A stretch of 64,000 nt of DNA from positions 75,640,001 to 75,704,000 of the forward strand of contig OZ320316.1 in NCBI GenBank assembly GCA_976226885.1, written 5' to 3'. Position 1 is the first letter of the stretch. Every line of letters begins with the position of its first letter. The notes below the pieces were generated by a model that saw only the letters and a list, made by a program, of their open reading frames with translations, ran no database searches and was not told the origin of the DNA. The position numbers and the translations under genes are program-made. This document shows positions 15,595 through 29,516 of this stretch, piece by piece. This DNA comes from Iphione sp. A-MEVVRFRX5. Lineage: Eukaryota.

Positions 15595-16000
15595 TGTTAT
15601 TTTGAAAACCTACGTACTGTGAAGGTGGGTTCCATTTGATAAACTTGACTGGACTTCACTAGGGAAAGAGCTCTTCCGTTGTGCGAAATGAGCAGTTGCA
15701 GAAGGTAGGAGGTAAGGATTCTATATTTAGACGAAGACCTACCTTACACCGTACCGAAAAAAAACACATGACAGCTGTGTTACACCTGCTGGCCATTCCC
15801 ATGTTGTTAGTTTCCCCCTGGCTCATTAGTCGTCTTGCATATTTCATACTTCATCTGTAAAATTGCATTTGCGGTCTATGTGTGTCTCCTCAGCGTCTTT
15901 TACTGAGACACTTGAGGCATATAGTTCCCAGGTGGTCTTCATTTTAAGCTTTGATAAATATTCAACAGAGTGTTCTTAATAGCTCTGGAACCTTGGCGTT
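15595..16000 (-). mobile_element. Highly decayed CR1/L2-like LINE ORF2 C-terminal fragment
   Basis: Minus strand gives, in the expected order and spacing but across frameshifts and stops, AKVPELLRT / LLNIYQSL*RP..NY..QV / MKYARRL / KWNPP...F. These resemble the motifs KAN..LG.LRR / LYKSL.RP.LEY...VW / SY..RL / LWNSLP...F. Weak. Confidence 0.3.
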
Positions 16001-16304
16001 TAAGGAAGAATTAATTAACTGAGTCGCCATTGACATTTAGATAATAACGCGGATTAGTCGTCTAAATAGGAGGTTGATTGCGTCAGTTGCACTGTAAAGC
16101 GGTAATTTTATTACTAATGGAAAACTTAGGACGCCGGACATGCTCTCTGATAACAGAAACCTAAAATATTTAGCCGTAGATTGATTTTAATGTCTGTCTC
16201 GTTTGATCGACGGAAATGTACGTTCGTAATCTGGATAGCACATAAAAGGGTAAATTTGGGTACATGTTTATGCACACATTTGCTCTAAGTGCCTCTACAT
16301 CTAG

Positions 16305-16326
16305 ACACACACACACATACACACAC
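16305..16326. repeat. (AC)n microsatellite with one interruption
   Basis: acacacacacacatacacacac read directly. Confidence 0.85.
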
Positions 16327-19300
16327 TTTCTTGCTCTACTGTTTTTGTCACACCGACCACCGAATTTTCAACATAGTAAATAGACTTTTGACATGTGCAG
16401 ACGGGACGATGGCGAGGGACTTCAAGCCTTGTACTCGCTTCGAAAATCCTTTGTGACAAGAGGGAGCTGCTTTGAGGAAAGAAACACTACCACTTCTGCT
16501 GCTGGCAGTAGTAGTCATAAATATTACATTGATTTCAGTTAACTGTCATTTAAATGCTACCACCTCATAAACTAATGATACTTAGCTCAGAGTTGTTGTT
16601 CGGTGGACCCTCATGGAACTATGGATTTCATGTGGCTTCTGCGACGGGGCGTTCCTAAGAAAGTGACGAGAAACGTCAGTCGAATCGTTGCATCTTTTAT
16701 ACTTGCAGCATGTGTTACGGCAGCAACAGGAAACTACCGTTGAACATGGGCGTAATGCAAGCCTGTGGAACGAAAATAAAAAAAGACAGCTGAGTAGACA
16801 AACAAATGTTCATTTTGGCTGTTATGGTTTCCTTCGACGCGAGGAAAGTAAGAAATGGTCCGGCCAATTTGGCTAGAATTTCACAAGGAGCAATAAACCT
16901 AAACTTAAGGAGAATATTGATGTTTAGCTTCCTGGACCTGTTTATACGTCTATACTATATATTCTGCTTCGTAAGGTTTTAATCTCATGGGTTCTCGGTC
17001 TGTCTGTTTGGCGGCTGATGTTCTCCATGTACAGTATACGAGTGCACACGGAGAAGTCGTGCGCCAAACTGACGTCTGGCTGCCGGTTGTTGGGGGCGCC
17101 TTCGTAATGTGGGTCGGTTATCGGTGTCCAATGGTCGACACGGCCGCAGTTCATCAGTCACTATAGCCACCGTGCTCCCATCAGTACAGCCAGCCTACTC
17201 TGGGTGGACTGTAAAACGGTACAGCATGTGTCAAGCAGGCTATGTTATCTGCAGGGTACAACAGCAGCCGCCAGCTCTTATCGCTGCAAGACCAGTCCCA
17301 CAGTCCACAGACCATCATTGGCCAGGATCTCAGCATTCTCTGTCTCGTATGATTCCCACAGCTCAGCAACTGCTTTTATAAATTTGTTTTTGTATTTGAT
17401 TGGATAAAACATCAAACGAGAAAAGGAAAGCTGCTCTGGTATCTGCCTGCAAATAATTCTGAATATTTCACAAGAAAATTACTACATTGCCCAAAAGGAT
17501 TCAAAGGATTTCACGTTGACTTTCGTAAGAGGGATAATACTAAGACCAAGGTGAATTCTCCTTCTTTCATACAGGACCTTTTTTGAATCCATTGAGCGCT
17601 TTATAGTCTATCTCTGGCTCAAAAATTTCTCCTCTGGGGCTCAGGATTTTCTCCCAGGGTCGAATATATTTGCCCATGTTCGTTCACTTGGGTCAGTCTC
17701 GAGGGGACGGTTCCGCCTCTCGATAGCCACAGGGAGCCTTCATTGAGGATTAAGAGGTAAGCTGCAGATTACCGAACGGTCGGGAGGGGGCGCCCTGGTA
17801 GCGATCGGCGAATGATCACATTACCTCTCGAAACGTTCAGCCTTTGATGGAACCTGCAAAAAAACCCCTTGTCCTCCACCGATTCCACTGTGCCAATTTG
17901 ATTAGCTTGGCTCCCTGCCATACAACACTTCCGTTATGGTTGCACGTAATTGCGGCTTTCTGTTCTTTTCCAGCGAGGTTTAAGCTAAAGATTTTTTTAT
18001 CAGTGATTGGAGTAGAACCGATGCAGTTGTACAAACCAGAATATGTGCATTTCGGTCGATAATGATTGTAGAGGAAAGCATTGAAAATGTACGCCTGATT
18101 CTTTATGAATTATACATAGATTTCCCTTGTATTCTTCTCTGTACTACAATGTACTTGCAAACTAAAAATAAAGATTGTCTCCTCCCATTAAGTAGTGTCA
18201 TGCAGTCAGATATATAGATGAAGAAACATGAATGGGAATTTACATCCCATGTAGCAATAGTACACACGTACATAAAATATTTTAAAGCCGGTGTTCCATT
18301 ATTGAAGAAAGAAAATAGAACCGATGGATTACCAGCTATTTTCCGTGATCTGTTGACTTTTTCCGCACGCCCATACAGTGAAGCAGGCAGACGATTATGA
18401 TACATGAGGACAGCATTATTTCCTTTATCACATACAAAATGATATGTTGCCCTCTGTTTGATTAAATCCTTCATGTTTTGTTTATTGTGTTCGGTTAGGC
18501 TAAAAAATTACCTCAAAACATTTGCCTTTAGAAATATCGGTGCAGCTCAAATTTAGCATTACCTATCTGTTGGTGTCAGCTGTGTTCCCTAAACCAGACT
18601 GTTTAATCATCCCAAGTATCTCGTTTTTACACTACATATATAAAACATTGCCTGAAAGTAATATGACCATGGGGAGGAGGTCTCATAGATGTGAAACTTT
18701 TCATAAAGCTGATAATTTCTTTTTTCTCATATGTCATGTTTGGCTTTATGTGAATAATTGAAACTGTTGCATAGAAAGTTGAAAAAATTGTCCTACTTTT
18801 TTCCGTTAAGTGTAAGAATATGTAGATCTGTGACCAGTAGAGCAGAACCGAGGATTTTAAAATGATATCCCTTGCTGTACTTTCAACTCAGCCCAACCCC
18901 CAGAGAGAGAGAGACTCTCCCTTTACTGTAGACTACCAGTGCATGGGTCGGAGGCGCTTGTCGTCTCTAAATATATGAGAATATATGTAGTACTGTGCAT
19001 TTTCTTGACCTAACATAGCCCCTCGGCATTCCTAGTGCTGCCCAAGAATCCTTGTTAACAGTATATCCGGCCTTACGCCGTGTCAACAAAGAGTAGGATT
19101 CGGAAATGATCAAGTAGATCTCTCACGCGCCCCCGTCTTTGTAGAGGCGCGGGTCGACGTCGATTCGAGTTGCCTCTGCTTTGCCGGTGATGGATAGGCT
19201 TGTATTAGAATGTACTACACATATATGTTAATGGATGAGCGTCATGGGCAATGTTTTCACTGGTTGCAGCACATCGTCTGGAGAGGACTGATTCATCCAC

Positions 19301-22300
19301 CTCTTCCATCCATTAGTTTCTTGCACGGGCTTCTTTTGTGTGGCCGTCATGAGTAGTGCAGGGAAAGAGGGCAATGCTGAAGGCCACATGGGCGTGAGGA
19401 GATTGTAAGTAGTAGATAAGAAGTACCGGTACTTGCTTAGCGGGAAGTACCTAGAATTATCGGTTGACATGAGCACAACAATTTCCTTATTATAAGAAGT
19501 GCAATTCAGGTGGGATTATACGGCGGTTACAGTGCATATTTCTTAGTGTCATGTCATGTGCTGTGTTCGCACTTAGCCTTAGCACTTTCAGACACTTAAA
19601 ATTGGTCGTGCCGTGAAAAAAGTCATGTGGCTGTGAAGGGTTTTTATTAAAAAGAAACAACAAATCAACCATGAACTTTAAGAGTGCTACACTTAAGGAC
19701 AAATCTCTTTATGATAGGATTTTCTCTCATGCAGTTATAAAAAACGCCTCTACCATCCCAGGAAGACGAGCGACTTTCACGCCAGTCTGAGCTCACGCGT
19801 CAAAAATACTTACTTGGCGGCATGCGCTAGACAACGGCAGCCCATTGATTCTAGCATTATGACAATTAGAAGCAATATCGGCAGCTAATGGCATTATCAA
19901 AGAGGTTCAAGCCAAAGCTGACGTGAATCAATTTCCTGTAGTGGACACTCCCACTCCGCTGCAATCTCCACTTGTTGTAAAGTCCATAACATTCCCGAGG
20001 TGTCTGGAAAGGCTACTGGTTCAATCGATCCTCGCTGTGGCGCAGGGGCGAGCGTCGATGTGATTATAGGACATAGCTCATTATTAGGGGCGCTGCGCTC
20101 GGCTACCGCACTTTGGCGTCACCGTAGGGCGCCATAGAAAGGCGCCATGTTCGTTAGCTGTGAAAGTTTTGCATCGGCCAACAAATAAATATGACCCTGA
20201 ATTAATAACAGTCAATTCGTCTATATCTGTAATCGGTATTCCTGACACGCGCAATATTCATCATCACCTCGTGAATTTTTTTTTCAATTCTGTGGCATTT
20301 CCATTTTTCGTGGTTCCTTATATCCCGCACATGTTCGGAATGTTTATCACCTAATTCGGACACGAATGGCTCTTTAAATTCGTGCTGGTGAAAAAGTATC
20401 CTTCATTGCAAGGCCTGGCGGAGGGTAGCGGGTGTGGCAGATACCATCGATTTGTTTTACTGTTACTGAGAACCTCTGAGTGCATAGTATATTGTAACAG
20501 AGTGCAAGCCACATCCTGTCGAACTGTCACGCTGACTACAGTCGGCTGTCCACTTGCTGCTGCGTGCGCGCACTCGGCAACAATTCACAATCTACTCACA
20601 TGCTGGTGAAAGCAGCGATGACGTCACTGTTTTTTGTGTACTTTGATGAAGTGCGCTGAGCAATGAAACCGGCCAGTGCGAGCTAGTCTATCCCTCCCAC
20701 CGACACCCTCTCATCTGCCCCTCTATCAAGCACCATCCTACTCTATGTCTCGTGTGGAGCAGCCAACTCAAACATAGCGCAGTATTTGACTGCGACTCCA
20801 ACTTCACAAGTTGACACACGGAGACAGAGCGACCGGCTTGTGGTGCCAGCCACCGTCCCACGGCCTGTCGAACTTGGATACGATGAGTATGGCTCCATCG
20901 GCGGATATTCCAAGGCCAGCCCACCCGTGCACCACATCTATTCCTCTCCTCAAGTTCCTATAGTTACATAAATACGAAAGAGACCTCATACCACTAATGC
21001 AAGCGCGATCGAATGGTGGCGAAGTAAGACCCATTTCCAGCCGCCTGCAAGCTGGTGCAGACGGTAATGCCGAAAGTCCCATCGAGACTAGCCGAGAAAA
21101 AAACACGCAGAGCTATTACATTCCATTGTGGAAGTTTGGATATGGACAAGGGGCGATTTTTTATTGTTATTTCCTGCTGCATGATGGTGCCGGTGGACGC
21201 TCGCTTGGCTACACCGACTACTGCACATAGAGCTATGGATCCATCAAGAGGCCGATTGCCCCTCTACACCGCAGTCATATTTATGCTTCCAGACAGTGTT
21301 ATAGCAAAGCCGTTCCAATGCCAACAGTTCCAACAGTTTGTTCGCCGAACCAGACACTTGGAAGTGGATGACGTTCTGATTTTCATCTGTAGAACACAAT
21401 CAATATACTGTGGCTCACCTTAAAATGATGCAGGCTGAACTTATAAAAAGCAATCCTGAAGAGCAGTAGGACTGTCCGTTGTGCATTGATATGCCCAGAA
21501 CGAAACGGGGTAAACAGGACAGACGCAGTTTGAGCGGCATGATTACAGTCAAGGGAAACATTTCAAGGGTATTTACATAAAAGACTATATTTTGTTACTA
21601 TAAATTAAAACGTTATGTTAACCCTCGGTAATAGTCTTAATGGATCTCAGTGTAAGTTACTTGTAGTCCTCGCGAGGCGAAGCTGCGATCCACTAGAGTG
21701 GAATTTGACGCCTGTAGAACGGATTCGCTGCCATTTTAAGGTTCTAAATATAGTCGTTTTCTGGGTGCCCTTTCAGCTTTCAGAATATGCGGCGCCCAAA
21801 CATTTGGTTGGTGCTACACTTATTTTTGATCCCGTAGTTAGATTTTCACGAGTCGCACTCTTACTTACACAGGCCCCTCTCCCCAAAGAAAAAAAATGTG
21901 TCACAGGAGGCTTTGTCATGAATTAAGCAGCTATTGAGCGAAAGAACGGCTGTGTAGCTCAGCATTATTTTCTAAACTATACATGTAGTTACAGTTCATT
22001 TGCTCCTATAACCTAATATAGGCAAGTTCGTTTGCCGAAAACAACGAGCAATCTGCATGTGTGGAGGTACCACCCACCACCTTCTTTTAAGGCATCGATC
22101 TGTCCACCGAGGTTGGGTTGGTCGCCGCCGGGTGCACTGTCAGGAGACCAGGGAAAGAGCTCCTTCAGGGTGGACACACGTCCCGGGTCAACGCCCACAA
22201 TGACCACTAGGGCACAACCAAAGGGCCACTTACAGCTCAGCCTCATCAGTGTTGATCACACGCCGAAGAACATTTCTTTTTTGTGTACCGACTGTGTGAG

Positions 22301-25300
22301 ACAATCTTTCGATTCAATTTGGCCATACAAGAACACAGCTTTATTGGGAGAGTCCATCGTTTAAGCTAGTGTAGGAGGCCCTGTTTAGTATTCTAAAGGC
22401 ACTTATCCGCCGCCTGCAAAATAGACCCGCATGAAATACCACATCAAACCGCGTTTTGTTGTTCGTATTGATGGTATAGACTGCCGTGCTTTGGAATACA
22501 TTAATGGCTAATAGAGAAGCATCCTATCCATGCCTGTTTGTTCAGGCAGCCCCGATATTCGTTATCCCTCATCCGACCATCCCCTGACCTTCTTTCCTCG
22601 TCCCAGACCACTTGGAAATCCTACTAAAGCTTCTTCTTGATGTGAATAGCGCATCTCGACGCTCGGACAAGTGCGCCTGTCTGCGTGCATTATGCCTCTC
22701 AGCCGCAGCGTCCGCCAGCTGCCTTTTATTGCTGAAGACATCCAGTTGGCCACCGCCATTTTCTAGGTTGTGTATGATAGGAACCGAAGCTGAGCCGAGT
22801 GCGGTAAAGCTGCCTAAACGCTCGAGTTTGATGGTTGGTGGCTTTCTAGAGGATCCAAAGTACACTGAGATCAATTCAGCATGGCGACTATCAATACAGC
22901 CCCGTCAGTACACACAGAATAATCGCTGTACCTCAACAAAGCGCCAAGCCGGCGCCAACTCTTTATTAACCCTTTCGGCGAAGTCAGCAAGACAATAAAA
23001 ACGTCTTGAGGTGCCACAACTTTAAAGTTTCGTATTAGACTTTTACATGGTATGCTTGCTGGTTATTAAGAGGCATAATTATCTCCATTTTGGGGCTTAC
23101 GATCCGCATGGCTGTATCGGATTTTAGTCAGTCCACTAAAGGGAATGTGCTGGAACTAACCGCTCACGTTTGACAAGTGGCACCACTGAGGCCGCCAGAG
23201 TACCCCCTTCAGGGCCTCCTGATGAAGTACAGTCTGTCTGTTTTGGAGGCTACTTGGGACCGCATTAGTAAATGGTGGCGTTCAGCTTTCCTGCCTCGGT
23301 GGACAGTGGTAGGCGGAGGGCGCTCGCGGCCACGAGGTCAGCCGACGATGATTTGTAGGAGCCTGCGCGGCGCGGCTTCCTGCGTCGGCAAGCGGTCATT
23401 GTTGGCCGCCTTGGCATGCGACAGACTAATGTTTGCGACGGTCCCAGCTAATGGCGCTTCTTGGAAGCTGCGATTGTCGTTTCAGGTGGAAGAGAGGAAG
23501 GCGTTCGTGTCACTACCTTCACTATAATGCTTGAAGATGCCAGGAATATTGTGAAAAATAACTAAACTGAGCAGTACCGACAGGTCTTCGCCGGGTCTTT
23601 TTTATAGATTGTATCAGTTGCAGTCTTTGTCTAATTGCCTGCTGACTGCTTTTGGTTTACATGTATCCGTTTGTTATAAAACGGCTGTTTTCAGCAAAAC
23701 TCATGTGCAAGTGTTTTGCACTAAGCTACTGAAAGTCGGCGAACACCATTAAAAAGACGAGATCTTCATTCCCTATAAAACCAGCTTGCCTGGCAGTCCG
23801 TAATCCTCCGTTATGGAAGTTAGACGTTTCTTGCCTTAAAAGCTGGCGACCTTCAACTGCCAGACTGTAGACTGAACCTGAAGCAAACGGTAAGAATTTT
23901 TTGTGTGTATGAGGGGTACGCTTACAGACATAAGTGAACGGCGAGGTAAAAGACAAAGCCGGCTTATACAGAATATGAAGTCATGCAAGTATTGACTTAG
24001 TTTTTTTAGACTAGATTATTGATCATCCAGATAAAGACGGCGTTGGATGTTATATACAGTATTCTCCAGGAAATGAATTCGTAGCACATTAACACTGTAT
24101 CGATCGGCTCCTCAATTTAGCGCCACCGGTATCACCATTGCTCTATTGCATCGACTTCTTTGTCGCCATGAATATAATCATGAATCTTATATTAACTTCC
24201 TATCTATACGTGAGAAACACCGTGTGGAAGAGACGGGTGTTTCGGAGCTGATCGTCCCCAGCGTCCTCGGTCTAATCACGGGTCCTTATCCGTCACCGTC
24301 CAATATCCTTAGTGTCGTTTGACGCGGTGGCCCCGCATATATAGCGACGGGTATTCTTGAAGGTAATCACGGTATTTGAGAGATAACATCTCGTCGGGTA
24401 AGTGCTGCCCGAAGTGCCAGGTTCTCAAAGCAAATAAAAATGGGCGCCAGCAGCTGATTGATAATTACAGCAGACGCCGTATCCACTGATAAATCTACAG
24501 CACTTGGCTCCTCTTCGCGTCCCCTTCCCCAGCCCACTGCCACACACTTCTTCCGTGTCTTTTATATAGTATGCTGCCGTCTTGCGTGCACGTGCTAATA
24601 AATCCGACCTGGGCTGCCTCTCAAAACAAAGACGTTTTCCTCCATGAATTAAAACCAGTAATGGCGAACTGGAGGGGTCCGTCGCTATAGAGAGAGAGGT
24701 AGACTCCAGACTGTAAGTACTAGCATAGAGTCTGGTTATTATTCATCCTCCAACTACTGTATCTTCAAATAAAAGAAGAAGCCCGTGTTACGTTAATGAA
24801 GAGTCTATTCTAAACCAATGATAGCTCTGATATCTGATGAGTCCTTTGGGAAGCATCCACATATCTGTTCACAGTTTATTCATTATTAACGCCCGTGGCA
24901 ATTAGGCTGCCTCACAACGAACCAATGCTTTCGTTTACCGCTTAAGTAAGGTTTTCATCAGCTCTAGTCCATTTAAGTTCTGAATGCGGGATGTCGTTTG
25001 TGTTGGTATGAGTTGAAAAATATGTATGAGTATATTTGATCAAGGATTACATTTTGTCGTTACGTTGAGATGTTATAAATATATTTTAAATCAATTCTAT
25101 ATCTCCCAACATATGGATAGCAGTTGTATCTCACATATCATTACACTTTCATACCTTGCTAATTAATCGGTAACCTTTCATGTATACATTTTACCATTAG
25201 AGATAGTTTTCCTTGACGTAATCTCTGTTTGAACCCCTTTTGAAGGGTTTAATAAAGAAATGCAAGCAATCTTTTTCGTCAACTACTGGGAAAAGCTGTT

Positions 25301-27520
25301 AGAGGAAATGTCCTCATGGGTGGATGGAAGGGCAGCCGTGGAACATGGTTAGCAGTAGGCGCACCTGGTGGCGAAGGCTGGCAATCTAAGTGATCAGTGC
25401 CATCCATCAGGTACGCCTTTAATACAGTAAGCACAGACAAGGCCCTGGCCATGTGCCCAGGCCACGAGCGCCCCCCCCCGACTCGGAACTGCCCGGCGCC
25501 TGTCGACCGCTTTCCGCTCGCTACCCGCCTGCCTCGGCTACCAGCCTGTGCAAGGATGTACACCAAATCAAATTCCGCACCGGTTAGTTTGCGCTTAATG
25601 GATACAGTGGATGTCATAGCGAGGGGAAATGTACTTAGGCACCACGTGTGTGTGTCTGCCGAGACTTGTGCAGGTAAAGACGGCTGTAATAGACTTTCTT
25701 GGGTGAAGAAGTTCGGCGAAGGTGCAGGGAGATCCTATAGAGAGGAGCGTCGAAGAGCAGCTTACAGCACTACTGACAACAGGGCACTAGGTGAGCGCTA
25801 TGCTCTGATTGAATTGGTCGTGTTGCTCTCTGCTGAATGAGAGTAGAAAAGGGAATTCATACAGGTCTAGCGGCGGGTCCATTAAGAGAAACATACGGTT
25901 GCAGACTCTGATGCATTAGGTATATATAAAAACAAACTCCGTTGTGTGATAGATTGTGAAATTAACATGTGAGATACCGTTGCTACAAGGTGTTTCTTTT
26001 AACAATATGTGAGTTAATACCATTAGAAACATCATAAAAGATATATTGGAAACACTAATCATTGTTTTCTGACACAGCAGACACCACTTTGATCACTACT
26101 ATCGGACAGAAATGCCCCCCCAAGCAGTCATGAGGGGCGGGGGGGACCTCGTATTCAATAAATGAAAAACAAAAAGACAATTGCGTTGTGGGCAATATTA
26201 GATTTTCCAGGGGGTCAATAGTAAGGTTATCAAGGTTCTTTCCGGTAGAGTCAAGTCGAAAGGCAATCACAATGCCCTTACAAGGTCACGAGGCATTGGC
26301 AGTAGTCAGGGGCGAGGCTCAGTCATGGCAATCAGTGTCCGCCCCCGATCATTTGCCTGAGTTACGTGTGGCAACCCGGCAAACAACCAATTTACTTACA
26401 TCGCTGCAATAAGGTGGAGCGGTGACCGCGGAGACTCTGTGGAAAGATGGTGCCACCATTCTCCCCCTCCCGAAAGAGAGGGCCAACTCTCTAAAGAGAC
26501 CGCCGACCGCTCTCACTTGTGATGTTGATTTGTGGAGCGCGGAGGAATAAACAGTCGCGGCGCCACTTAGCGACAATTACGTCGCTCTGCCGACCTACGT
26601 CATCGTCTAATTGCTAAGCTTAATGCAGAAGCTCGCCTCTGCTCGATTTTCTACGATTTCTGTGCTTTGTGACATTAGATGGATGGCGGCAACCGACAGT
26701 GCAAATAACGAAGTCAAATGTCTTGGGAAATAACTATGGCCAAATTATGATAATCTTGAATATTCATTGGCTGTCCTATCTTGCCCATGCTCATGGAATG
26801 ATGAATTACTAGCAAAGATTGTAATTATAGCAGTATACTTCATTAAGTTGTTGGCAGAAGACTTCAGACCAGACGTTTAATGCAAATCGGTAAATACCAC
26901 TGCTGTGAGTACGTTTGGCTAAAAAGACTCGTAGTTCATTCAACACGAGCCATCATTTGCATACAGCCTTGCTTCCTCATCACGAACAAGCCATTCATGG
27001 TACTACAAAAGAGAATCCAACTCCGAAGTCCCCGAGCGGTACTTCCCGCACTTGCATAATACCTTCGCTATCTGTGTAGGATGTCTCCATTTAAATTCTC
27101 AGAAAGACGGTAATCTTTCCCCTCTATGAAACTGTAGAGTGAAAAAACAGGTTGAAATTCCTTTTTTTGTCATTGATATTTTCATGGAAAATAAGGGGTT
27201 GTGTTTGTAACACAAAGTCACCGCACACACCTCAGGGCTGTCACACCGAACGCACACAGTTGGGCATGAAACAGTGGAATAGTTTTTATGGCAATAAAAT
27301 ACATTTCTTTACCACTGAACCGGTTGTCAGAGATACATAAAGCCGTAAGATATATGGTCCCGTAGAGATGCTGAAGCAAGCCTCGCTACCAGAGTGTTAT
27401 CTTCCTGGACCTGCCCCTCCATGTGTCGGGAGCTATACTCCAGAGAGGCTGTCCTGGTAGCCACTCGCGTCTGGTGACTTGGGACGGCCTGAAAGTGTTA
27501 TTTTTCAGCTGGAGCTGTCC

Positions 27521-27599
27521 CAGCAGCAGCAGCAGCAGCCAGTGGAGGATGAGCACGCCACTAGTTCCGCCCAACCCACCTTTGTGGGGGGGGGGGGGG
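27521..27599. repeat. (CAG)6 followed by a G14 homopolymer
   Basis: CAG x6 at 27521-27538 and a G run at 27586-27599. Confidence 0.9.
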
Positions 27600-28024
27600 C
27601 GTTCCTGAGAGTATATGCGACGGCGCCTCTGCATGTGTCTCTCATGTGAATTATGTTGTTATTGAGTTGGTATTTGCATTTAAAATTCCCCACCGGTTTT
27701 ATCCTAAAATAGTTTCTCCAGCAGACCCAGAATAAAAAGGATTCGCCGGAGGTCATTTGAATTTGGTACGCAAAGACGTTATGTACATATTTTAAGTAAA
27801 GCAGAGTAAAGAAACGTAAGGGGACGCGCGCATCAGCGTTGAAGATACCGATGAAGGAAAGGAACGGGTTGAATAAAAGGGAGAGGAACTTAACACATAG
27901 AAACGGGGCGGTGAACGACCGAATCATCTTCCAGGCGTTATGTGATAGCAATTTAAGGTTGTAGTCAGGCATCTAATCCCATCGGGGGACTAGTGGACAG
28001 TCGTGCTGGGAGAAGCCAGGAGCT

Positions 28025-28034
28025 GTCACGTGAC
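28025..28034. promoter_or_regulatory. Palindromic extended E-box GTCACGTGAC (USF/MiT-TFE CLEAR-type)
   Basis: Exact 10-mer about 2.5 kb upstream of the first visible exon. A single motif with no supporting data. Confidence 0.2.
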
Positions 28035-29264
28035 TAGACGACCCTCGCGCACCAACTCCTTCTTTGGCCAGGGGACTGGGTGTGTTCCCTCCCATTCCAG
28101 TGGAACCTTCCGTATAGTTTACTGGGATTGCCTGCCTACGTCATCGTAGTTCTCTATTTTGCCATGTTCAAGAAAAAATGATATAGTTAGCATTTTAACA
28201 CATCCAGTTAAGATTATTATCATTGCATGTATGGCGCCATTTTCTAGCTTAAGATGGATTAGTGAGAAACCTGTGTTTGTCGGGGGATTAATTTGGTCGC
28301 CACTGGAAAGTAGCTCGTGTTTTAATGAGATTTCAACTGGAAGCGTCGCTTCATTTTGTTTCTCTTACAACTCACACAGTAAATTGTACCGTGGATTAAA
28401 AAGTGCACATATTTATTCAAAATGATGGTGCATAGGATGGCAGCCATATCCGCTCACCCAGGCACAGGCTAAAGACACGACACACAAGCGAGCGTCTGTC
28501 TCCATTATTGATCGGTGCAGGTCGTAATGGCGGCTTGCTTCTGTCTAGTGTCTTCCCGTGTTTCTATCAATTTTCTGCCGAACTTCTTTCCTCTGTCTAC
28601 ATAATACGAGAACGCCTGACCAATCCATGACCCCCTGACCCCGGTGTCTCCGCGCAGCAGCCCCTCGCCTGACCAAAGTCGGCGACCGATGGTGTTTCTT
28701 GGGAGTTCTTGAAGACGAAGTCGACGGTGCTCGATCGAGCTATAATGGCGCACGCAGGAATCTATATTGGGGACGCAAAGGAAGGACTGGTGTTGATTAA
28801 AATATGAATGTCTTCTTATTCCAGGAAACGGAAAGTAAAGTAATGTTATACGCGTGCTCTTTGTTGCTTCCCACGTTGTCGGGGACGTAATATAAAGTCA
28901 GCTTACATTAACTCTTCCGTGTTTCCTTTACATTTTCCAATATTTAATGGAGCACAAACTACCCGTTTTACAATGTGCAGATGGGCGGGGCTTATGAAAT
29001 TCTGATTTAACTCAGCAGATAGATACATAGTATGTGTGGCTGTAGTTACAAATCATGAAAAATCCAGCATCAGGAGATACAACCAGTGTAAGGCCCGGGT
29101 TCCATACCTGCATTGAGGTGTGTTCACTTGTGTTTGTTGTCCGTGTGCATTGACATGCGTTTTATATGTGTTTTTCCTTAACGTTACCTGACAGATAGGG
29201 GTGCATACTGAGGTTCCATTGAGGTTGTGTTGAGGTTGTGTTATCACTGCATGGATAAAAAAGG

Positions 29265-29450
29265 AATTTCACTAGTTAAAGGACAAATTTGACAGGAATA
29301 GTGGCAAAAAACTAGTAGATTTCAATAGTTAAAGGATAAAAAGGACAAATTTGATGGGAATAGTGGCAAAAACCAGCGAATTTCACTTGTTAAAGTACAA
29401 ATTTGACGGAAATAACAGCACAAACCAGTGAATTTCACTGATTAAAGGAT
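29265..29450. repeat. Minisatellite, about 52-bp unit, about 3.4 copies, inside the MITE
   Basis: Unit aatttcactagttaaaggacaaatttgacaggaatagtggcaaaaa(a)ctagt(a)g with substitutions; one copy has an internal duplication. Confidence 0.85.
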
Positions 29451-29486
29451 GGAGTTGTGTGGTAATATGTGACATCTGTTTTTGAT

Positions 29487-29516
29487 CTCCAGACACCTCC
29501 AGACACCTCCAGACAC
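29487..29516. repeat. (CTCCAGACAC)3
   Basis: Three exact 10-bp copies. Confidence 0.9.

Noticed and set aside
16459-16570. Hydrophobic stretch LRKETLPLLLLAVVVINITLISVNC resembling a signal peptide
   Set aside because: No in-frame ATG (TGA just upstream) and no splice donor before the stop.
20382-21423. Cluster of overlapping 60-120 aa ORFs; a DGTF motif on the minus strand suggested a MULE transposase
   Set aside because: The residues expected after DGTF are absent, all frames are broken and there are no TIRs. No family could be recognised.
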